Assembly: GCA_964364695.1 (NCBI GenBank)
Contig: CAYIMZ010000001.1
Coordinates: 1 to 31,861, forward strand
Length of the DNA: 31,861 bases
From: an uncultured Gammaproteobacteria bacterium
Lineage (GTDB): Bacteria; Patescibacteriota; Patescibacteriia; UBA2169
Reading direction: 5' to 3'
Below, in pieces: positions 26,211-31,861 of this stretch; position 1 is the stretch's first letter, and each line of letters begins with the position of its first letter. The notes beneath the pieces are model-generated. The model saw only the letters and a list, made by a program, of their open reading frames with translations. It did no database searches and had not been told where the DNA came from. Position numbers and translations under genes: made by a program.

Positions 26211-26965
26211 ACAAACCTGGCAACGAGCATGCCCACGCCGTACTTCTGCTCGTAGTTCAATATGTCAGCCTCAAGCGCCATGCCGTCCAGGAGGCCCTTG
26301 ACTATGGCGAGCGGCAAGAGGGCGCCGAGAGAAGACGCCGAGGCGTCGCGCGAAAGCAGGGACTCGGCGTTGTCCGCGCGCAAGTCCGCGATAACGGCCT
26401 GGTCAAGCTTTCTGCCTGTTTCGCGGTCCTGGCCCCGCGCGCGCGACAGGTCCCCGACGGATACCACGCCTATTTTTCCGGCCGCGCATTCCAGCACGTC
26501 GCGCATCTTTTTTCCGAATTCAAACAACTGCGAGAGCGGGCTCGCGCTTGCCGCGTATATCGGCAGCAGCCGGTACGGCGCGTCCGGAGAGGAAAGCTGC
26601 AAAGCCGCAGCTCCGAGCGGCCCCTCCAGCGCTGGTTTGGTGATTGCCGCAATCGGGTACTCGGGCGCGAGGGCGGCCCGTATGCGGTATGCGGTCTCAA
26701 GATCCCCCGGGAAATTGGCGCGGGTGCTGAAGTGGCCGTACGGCTCAAATGATGCCGAGAACTCCGGGCTCACGTTTAAGAGGTGTGTGCCGTGCGGGCT
26801 CGGGTACGGGCCGAGCAGAATGAGGGTCTCGCAGCCCCGTGAGTAGGCATCGTGCCTGATGGCGACAATTGCCTGGTGCATTCTCCTGAACTGCCGCGCC
26901 TTATGCCTCGCGATTTGCGGCAGGAGGAGCGGGGAGTGGGGTATGTGCGCTACGTAGGATATCAT
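26207..26965 (-). CDS. LigB/MEMO1-like (class III extradiol dioxygenase fold) protein, probably degenerate
   Basis: HIPHSPLLLP, FPGDLETA, VVSVGDLS, YEQKYGVGMLVA; start re-assigned to ATG 26965, just after the upstream stop. Confidence 0.7.
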   Translation of the reverse strand: MISYVAHIPHSPLLLPQIARHKARQFRRMHQAIVAIRHDAYSRGCETLILLGPYPSPHGTHLLNVSPEFSASFEPYGHFSTRANFPGDLETAYRIRAALAPEYPIAAITKPALEGPLGAAALQLSSPDAPYRLLPIYAASASPLSQLFEFGKKMRDVLECAAGKIGVVSVGDLSRARGQDRETGRKLDQAVIADLRADNAESLLSRDASASSLGALLPLAIVKGLLDGMALEADILNYEQKYGVGMLVARFV

Positions 26966-26972
26966 ATATCGC

Positions 26973-28403
26973 TCACTGATTTTCTCCAAGAATTTCTCCC
27001 TCCCCGTACGTGACAATCAGGTCAAGCGGGTCTCCCAAGGGGTGCAAGTCAACCACGGCCTGCGGAACCGGAACCACGTCATCCCAGTTGAACCCGAGCT
27101 TTTCAAACGCTTCTCCGGAAATCACGGGCCGCCGCAACCCGTCAGAGATCACATAGACCGCAGGCGATTCGGGCGAGGTGATGGTAGTGCCGTCAGTGAG
27201 CTTGAGCCTGCCGGCGTACGCGTACTTGTTAAGCTCGTCCGGGTGAACCGGGGAGGGTTTTACGTTTTTGAAGTTGTTCGCGAGGATTGAGCGGTGGATG
27301 ATGCCCTGCTTTTCGCCGTCCTGCACCCAGAACACGGCCCCTGTTTTTTTGTCTTGCAACAGGGCTCCGGTCGGGTATGCGGATGAGAGGGTGATGTTTT
27401 CGCCGATGGTGTACAGGGCAAGGTCTTCTTCGGAGACGTCAATAATCTCTTCGGGATTGAATCCGATGGTCCTGAACACTTCCCCCGACGCGATGCCGCG
27501 GATGGAATCGTCAGCAAGGAGATACACCGTGCCCCAGGGAGCCCGGAGCAGGGAGTAGTTGGCAAACTGGATGGCTGGCCCGATTTCGTACTTTTCAAGC
27601 TCATTTTTGGAAACAGGAATGATGCGGTCCGGATTGTAGCGGGAATACAGGGCAGTGCGCGTTTTGAACGGCCTGCGCTTTCCGTGCTGGAGGAGCCACA
27701 CCCCGGGTTCTCCCTCCTCCTGCAGGAGCGTGCCATCCGGGTAGTTGCGCGTAAAGTAGCGCTGCCAGATGCGCCAGAAGTTGAAGTTTGCGCCGATTCC
27801 CGCGTCGCTGCCTCGGTACGGATTGTACGTGTACAGCACTGCGGTGGCGTTGTTTGCTGGGGTGATTTCGTACCCGTCAAGCGTTGTCTTGGTTTTCGCG
27901 GGCCCCCATCCGGTAAGTGTCCTGCCGAGCGACGTTAAATCCCGCAGGTAGTTCACGCGCACCTTTTCCGCGAACAAAGAAACTTGATTATAGAATCCAC
28001 GGAACGATTGGACGCTCGGGTCGCTCTTTGAGCAGGAATCGCAGATGCCGAATCCGGTTGCCCAGTCCAGCTGGTTCTGGGAGGGGCCCTGCGACGTGAT
28101 GAGGCTCTGCTCTTTCTGGAGCATTGCGAGAATCACCTTTGGGCTTACGCGGTAGGTCTGGGCTTCCTCAAAAATGATCTGGCTTGCCGGTTTGCGGACG
28201 CTGTTCACCACCTCCGTGAACCGGGCAAGGAAGCTTCCTTTCTGCTCCAAAAAGCGCTGGATGGCGTCCTGGGAAAGGGAGCTTGCGTCCTCCAGCTCAA
28301 CGTCTGAAATGATGAAATTCGGGTTAAACGATGCGGCCGCTGTTTGGTCAAGCGGCGCCAGAATCAAGGAAGCGAGGATGAGGATTGAGAGCATGTGTTT
28401 CAT
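26973..28403 (-). CDS. Secreted protein with a putative lysozyme-like muralytic domain and four C-terminal CPR-type repeats
   Basis: Signal peptide MKHMLSILILASLILAPLDQTAAA; FNPNFIISD...SPKVILAMLQKEQSLIT...TGFGICD...GFYNQV...NNATAVLYTYNP; repeats such as YPDGTLLQ...VWLLQHGKRRPF. Confidence 0.7.
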   Translation of the reverse strand: MKHMLSILILASLILAPLDQTAAASFNPNFIISDVELEDASSLSQDAIQRFLEQKGSFLARFTEVVNSVRKPASQIIFEEAQTYRVSPKVILAMLQKEQSLITSQGPSQNQLDWATGFGICDSCSKSDPSVQSFRGFYNQVSLFAEKVRVNYLRDLTSLGRTLTGWGPAKTKTTLDGYEITPANNATAVLYTYNPYRGSDAGIGANFNFWRIWQRYFTRNYPDGTLLQEEGEPGVWLLQHGKRRPFKTRTALYSRYNPDRIIPVSKNELEKYEIGPAIQFANYSLLRAPWGTVYLLADDSIRGIASGEVFRTIGFNPEEIIDVSEEDLALYTIGENITLSSAYPTGALLQDKKTGAVFWVQDGEKQGIIHRSILANNFKNVKPSPVHPDELNKYAYAGRLKLTDGTTITSPESPAVYVISDGLRRPVISGEAFEKLGFNWDDVVPVPQAVVDLHPLGDPLDLIVTYGEGEILGENQ

Positions 28404-28421
28404 ATGAGGATTGTAGCACAA

Positions 28422-28462
28422 AGTTCCCCCTCCTGTAATCAGGAGGGGGATAAGGGGGTGGT
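28422..28462. repeat. G/C-run palindrome copy C, intergenic
   Basis: Reverse complement ACCACCCCCTTA-TCCCCCTCCTG-ATTA-CAGGAGGGGGA-ACT, the same architecture as copy B in priA. Confidence 0.8.
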
Positions 28463-28472
28463 CGTTATGAAT

Positions 28473-28510
28473 AAAAAAAGCGGGCCCTCCAGATGTTCCT
28501 GGGGGGCCCG
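28473..28510 (-). terminator. Intrinsic terminator closing the candidate ncRNA
   Basis: Minus strand CGGGCCCCCCAG-GAACAT-CTGGAGGGCCCG-CTTTTTTT. Confidence 0.75.
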
Positions 28511-28823
28511 TGCCGCACTTGCCGTTTCGCTCGGCGCTACTTAGGCAGGAGTGATGCTACCTCGCTGGCGGCCTCTTGCCGGCGGAGCTAGCTTCCAGCC
28601 GGGGTCAGCTCGGTGTAGTGGTCGCGCTTGTCTAAAACTGCAACGCTACTGCAGATTGTCTACGCGAGCGCGCGCGTGCTGGCTAAGCGGCCAGCCCGTC
28701 AATCTTTCCGCAATCTCGCCAATTCCCTCAAATCAGGGAGCCCATATCCGGGCGGTGATTGGCTGCGGCCGCACTATCGCCGGGCAGTTGCGGCGACAGT
28801 GGTGAGCGAAAGGACTATGTAAT
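28473..28823 (-). ncRNA. Candidate ~350 nt structured non-coding RNA of unknown family
   Basis: Upstream TTGACT (28859-54)/18 nt/TAGTGT (28835-30); at least eight hairpins; ends in a GC hairpin plus U7; no credible ORF on this strand. Confidence 0.6.
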
Positions 28824-28896
28824 GGCTTAACACTAACAAAAATATACCCAAACAGTCAACTGGCAGGGGGTGTGGAAAAGTGATACACTACACCCC

Positions 28897-30108
28897 ATGA
28901 ACTCGGTGAACATACTTGGTGTTGAGGTCTCGGACGTAAGCGAGTCTTTCGCGCTCTCGCGGGTAAAAAGTTTTCTGGAAAGCCCGCACCAGCACTACAT
29001 TGTAACCCCAAATCCGGAAATCGTGCTCAAAGCCGTAAAAGACGGGGGGTTGCGCCGCATCTTAAACCACGCAGACATCTCGCTTCCGGACGGGTTCGGG
29101 CTCAAAATCGCGAGCCGCATCCTCGGCCAGAAACTGCACCATCGCATCACGGGCGCGGATTTTATGCTCGCGATCCTGGAACTTGCAGAGAGCGAGGAGT
29201 GGCCCGTTTTTCTGCTCGGCGGCTTGAACGAAAAAGTTTCAGAGCAGGCTGCCTGGCATGTGCGGTACAAGTACAAGAAGCTCAAAATCGTTGGCCAGGC
29301 ATCGGGCGGCGTGGTAGAATTCAGGCAGGCCAGGTGGCAGACGAGCGACAGCAAACTCATTGACCGCATCAACCAGTCCCGCGCCAAGATTTTGTTCGTG
29401 GGGTTCGGGTGCCCCAAGCAGGAGAAGTGGATTTTCCAAAACTTGGACAAGCTGCCGAATATTAAGCTTGCACAGACCTGCGGCGGAACCCTGGACTTCT
29501 TGGCGGGCGAGCGAAAACGCGCGCTATACGCAATCCGCAGGCTGGGACTTGAGTGGCTCTGGCGCCTCATCATTGAGCCGTCCCGATTCAAACGCATCTG
29601 GAACGCGACTGCGGTATTCGTGTGGAGAGCGCTCATGTGGAGCATAGCCATGCGCTTCGTATACCGCCCCAATGTGGCGGCCGCAATCCTGAACCAGGAC
29701 AGCAAGTTCCTGCTGATCAAGCGGTCCGACACTTCTGAAGAACACTGGCAGTTCCCGCAGGGCGGGGTAGATCCCGGGGAAACTCCGGAGGAGGCAGTCT
29801 TGCGGGAGGTGCGCGAAGAGACCGGCATTGCCAACAAGATAACCATTCTTGGCAAGCACCCGCTACAGCACGCGTACCGCTACCCGAGCGCGTGGCACCG
29901 GTATGCTCATGGGTTCAAAGGCCAGAAGCAGACTATCTTTTATCTCCGCTTTGCGGGAGATGACCGCGACATAACCCTGGAAGCGCACGAAGCGGAGGAG
30001 TACGCATGGGTAGCGCCGGAGGATGTGGTTGCGACCGTGTTTCATCGCAGGCAGCCAATGGCCCGTATGGTGATTGAAGGCCTTTCGCAATATGTCAAAA
30101 CCGAATAA
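28897..30108 (+). CDS. WecB/TagA/CpsF glycosyltransferase fused to a C-terminal Nudix (RppH-like) hydrolase
   Basis: IVTPNPE, LPDGFG, RITGADF, FVGFGCPKQEKWI, GGTLDF...RA...GLEWLWRL; then WQFPQGGVDPGETPEEAVLREVREETG (Nudix box); start at ATG 28897, 7 nt after TGa-TACACT. Confidence 0.9.
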   Translation: MNSVNILGVEVSDVSESFALSRVKSFLESPHQHYIVTPNPEIVLKAVKDGGLRRILNHADISLPDGFGLKIASRILGQKLHHRITGADFMLAILELAESEEWPVFLLGGLNEKVSEQAAWHVRYKYKKLKIVGQASGGVVEFRQARWQTSDSKLIDRINQSRAKILFVGFGCPKQEKWIFQNLDKLPNIKLAQTCGGTLDFLAGERKRALYAIRRLGLEWLWRLIIEPSRFKRIWNATAVFVWRALMWSIAMRFVYRPNVAAAILNQDSKFLLIKRSDTSEEHWQFPQGGVDPGETPEEAVLREVREETGIANKITILGKHPLQHAYRYPSAWHRYAHGFKGQKQTIFYLRFAGDDRDITLEAHEAEEYAWVAPEDVVATVFHRRQPMARMVIEGLSQYVKTE

Positions 30109-31540
30109 ACAAGTCAGGACCAGGTTTGCGCCTTCCCCAACCGGGGAGCCGCACGTGGGAAACATTCGCACTGCGCTGTTTTCGTGGCTCTATGCCCGGC
30201 ACTGCAACGGGGCATTTTTGCTGCGCGTGGAAGACACGGACCAGGCGCGCGAGGAAGAGGGGAGTTTGGCTGCCATTCTGGAAGCTCTTGCGTGGCTCGG
30301 GCTTACTGTTGACGAGGGCGTGATTGCCGCTGACGGATCCGAGAGAGGGGACAAGGGGCCGTACACCCAGTCAAAGCGGCTTCCCATCTATAAGGAACAC
30401 GCCAAGAAGCTCTTAGACGCGGGCAAAGCGTTCTACTGCTTCTGCTCTGCCGAGCGCCTGGCAGTGCTGCGGGAACTGCAAGCGCAGAAGAAGGAGCCCC
30501 CGCGCTACGACGGCAAGTGCTTGCGACTGGAACCGGATGAAACTGAAAAGCTCCTCGCGGACAAAGTCCCGCACGTCATCCGCATGAAAGTGCCGCAAGC
30601 AGGGGAAACTAAGTTTATTGACGCGGTCAAGGGCGAAGTTGTGTTCAAAAACGAGATCATTGATTTCCAGGTGCTTGTTAAGTCAGACGGGTTTCCCACG
30701 TACCACCTCGCGAGTGTGGTTGACGACCATTTGATGGGCATCTCGCACGTGTTCAGGGCGGATGAATGGCTGCCCTCAACCCCCAAGCATGTGCTGTTGT
30801 ACCAGTACTTTGGCTGGGAAGAGCCTGTGTGGGTGCACGTGCCCATCATCTTGGGCCGCGACCGGAGCAAGCTTTCCAAGCGGCATGGTGCGGTGTCTGT
30901 GCTGGATTACCGAAAGGATTACCTGCCCGAAACCCTCATCAATTACCTCGCGCTCCTGGGCTTTAACCCAAAGACCGAACAGGAAATGCTCTCCAAGGAA
31001 GAGCTCATTGAGCAGTTTGACATACCCAAGATCAACAAGAACAATCCCATATTTGACGTTGCCAAACTTTCCTGGCTCAACGGCGAGTACATAAAGAGCA
31101 TGACCCCGGATGCGTTGGCTGACATGCTGCGCGACGGTCGCAATGACATCGTCAAAGCAGTTGCGCTTGTGCAGGACCGCCTGGAGAAGCTGTCTGACTT
31201 CGGGCCGATGACAGCGTTCCTCTGGAAAGACGAGCTTGCGTATGATGCATCAACCCTCATTCCGAAAAATTTTGACAAAGAAAAGACCCGCGCCATGCTC
31301 GCAGCCGCATCTCGGGTGGCGTCTGGCATCGCTCCCGAGGATTGGGACCATGAAACCATTTGTCAAACTTTTTTTGCGCACTGCGAAGAGCACAAGATCG
31401 CAAAAGGGGATTTACTCTGGCCATTGCGCGTTTCCGTAACCGGCCTGGAGCGATCGCCGGACGTGTTCGGAGTGATGGCAGTGCTCGGCAAAGAAAAAAC
31501 TCTTGCCCGCGTTGCAGCCGCGATTGACCGCTTGAGGTAA
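30092..31540 (+). CDS. gltX: Glutamate--tRNA ligase
   Basis: RTRFAPSPTG, HVGN (HIGH), LRVEDTD, KLSKR (KMSKS), PTYHLA.VVDDH. Confidence 0.96.
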   Translation: MSKPNKQVRTRFAPSPTGEPHVGNIRTALFSWLYARHCNGAFLLRVEDTDQAREEEGSLAAILEALAWLGLTVDEGVIAADGSERGDKGPYTQSKRLPIYKEHAKKLLDAGKAFYCFCSAERLAVLRELQAQKKEPPRYDGKCLRLEPDETEKLLADKVPHVIRMKVPQAGETKFIDAVKGEVVFKNEIIDFQVLVKSDGFPTYHLASVVDDHLMGISHVFRADEWLPSTPKHVLLYQYFGWEEPVWVHVPIILGRDRSKLSKRHGAVSVLDYRKDYLPETLINYLALLGFNPKTEQEMLSKEELIEQFDIPKINKNNPIFDVAKLSWLNGEYIKSMTPDALADMLRDGRNDIVKAVALVQDRLEKLSDFGPMTAFLWKDELAYDASTLIPKNFDKEKTRAMLAAASRVASGIAPEDWDHETICQTFFAHCEEHKIAKGDLLWPLRVSVTGLERSPDVFGVMAVLGKEKTLARVAAAIDRLR

Positions 31541-31564
31541 AGTGTGGTATACTACCACCTGGGT

Positions 31565-31861
31565 ATGGGTACCGCATCACATAAAATGCATCCGCAGTTA
31601 TGGCGGAACAAAACGCTGGCCGCACTCCTAGTGGTGTGCGTTTTTTTGCTGCAGCCCAATCTTTTGAACGCGCAAGACGAAAGCGCAACCGGAAAAAACC
31701 CCGAAGTCCAGGACATCGCCCAGCAGCTGCGCGAGCAGCGAAAGGCCATTGAGGAGGTGCAGAAAAAGGTTGATGAGTACGAATCCCGCATCCAAGCAAA
31801 GCGCAACGAGGCCCTGACCATCAAGAACCAGCTTGACGGGCTCGGTGACCAGATTGACCAG
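31565..31861 (+). CDS. Secreted coiled-coil protein (EnvC/PcsB/CwlO-like N-terminus), 3' truncated by the window
   Basis: My translation: MGTASHKMHPQLWRNKTLAALLVVCVFLLQPNLLNAQDE...LREQRKAIEEVQKKVDEYESRIQAKRNEALTIKNQLDGL; TGg-TATACT upstream; no stop before the window end. Confidence 0.6.
   Translation, partial: MGTASHKMHPQLWRNKTLAALLVVCVFLLQPNLLNAQDESATGKNPEVQDIAQQLREQRKAIEEVQKKVDEYESRIQAKRNEALTIKNQLDGLGDQIDQ

Noticed and set aside
23117-28421. Plus-strand ORFs antisense to fmt/def/priA/LigB/muralytic genes, and the many antisense ORFs over the surface genes
   Set aside because: Shadow ORFs expected at high GC; the opposite strand carries clearly recognisable proteins
28551-28822. Short plus-strand ORFs (84 aa, 64 aa) in the intergenic region
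   Set aside because: No RBS or promoter, no recognisable protein features, and they lie antisense to a promoter-terminator unit
28473-28823. tmRNA, RNase P, SRP or group I intron identity for the structured region
   Set aside because: CTG GCC GCT TAG (LAA-stop) in a hairpin and words resembling group I elements (CATAGTCC, CCGCAGCCAA, ATTGCGGAAA) are present. However, there is no tRNA-like domain or CCA end, no GAGGAAAGUCC, no SRP GGAA loop motif, the intron-like words are in non-canonical order, and there are no exons

Overview
A 31.9 kb bacterial chromosomal segment, most likely from a Patescibacteria/CPR (Parcubacteria-like) genome. This assignment is an inference from the protein families, the degenerate PriA, tight gene packing and frequent leaderless-looking starts. 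Housekeeping genes: parvulin PPIase (partial), ftsE-ftsX, tRNA-Gly/Thr/Gln, fmt, def, a helicase-dead priA-like gene and gltX. Accessory genes: a hicB-hicA pair, a pseudo-receiver, a VIT1/CCC1 transporter, a lipoprotein with a dockerin/EF-hand-like duplication and a WecB/TagA-Nudix fusion. The central feature is a 15 kb surface-structure locus (7720-23142) whose subunit motifs suggest an usher-less, WxL/Csu-like donor-strand fibre: a giant tip adhesin, a highly expressed shaft subunit, a DUF916-like membrane-anchored chaperone, a cap subunit and further Ig-rich proteins, co-transcribed with an ABC-2 exporter and a processive GT2. Other notable signals are short palindromic repeats inserted in frame in priA and fmt, and an unassigned ~350 nt structured transcription unit (28473-28823, minus strand) with its own promoter and terminator. 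All family names come from motif recognition by eye; no database searches were run.
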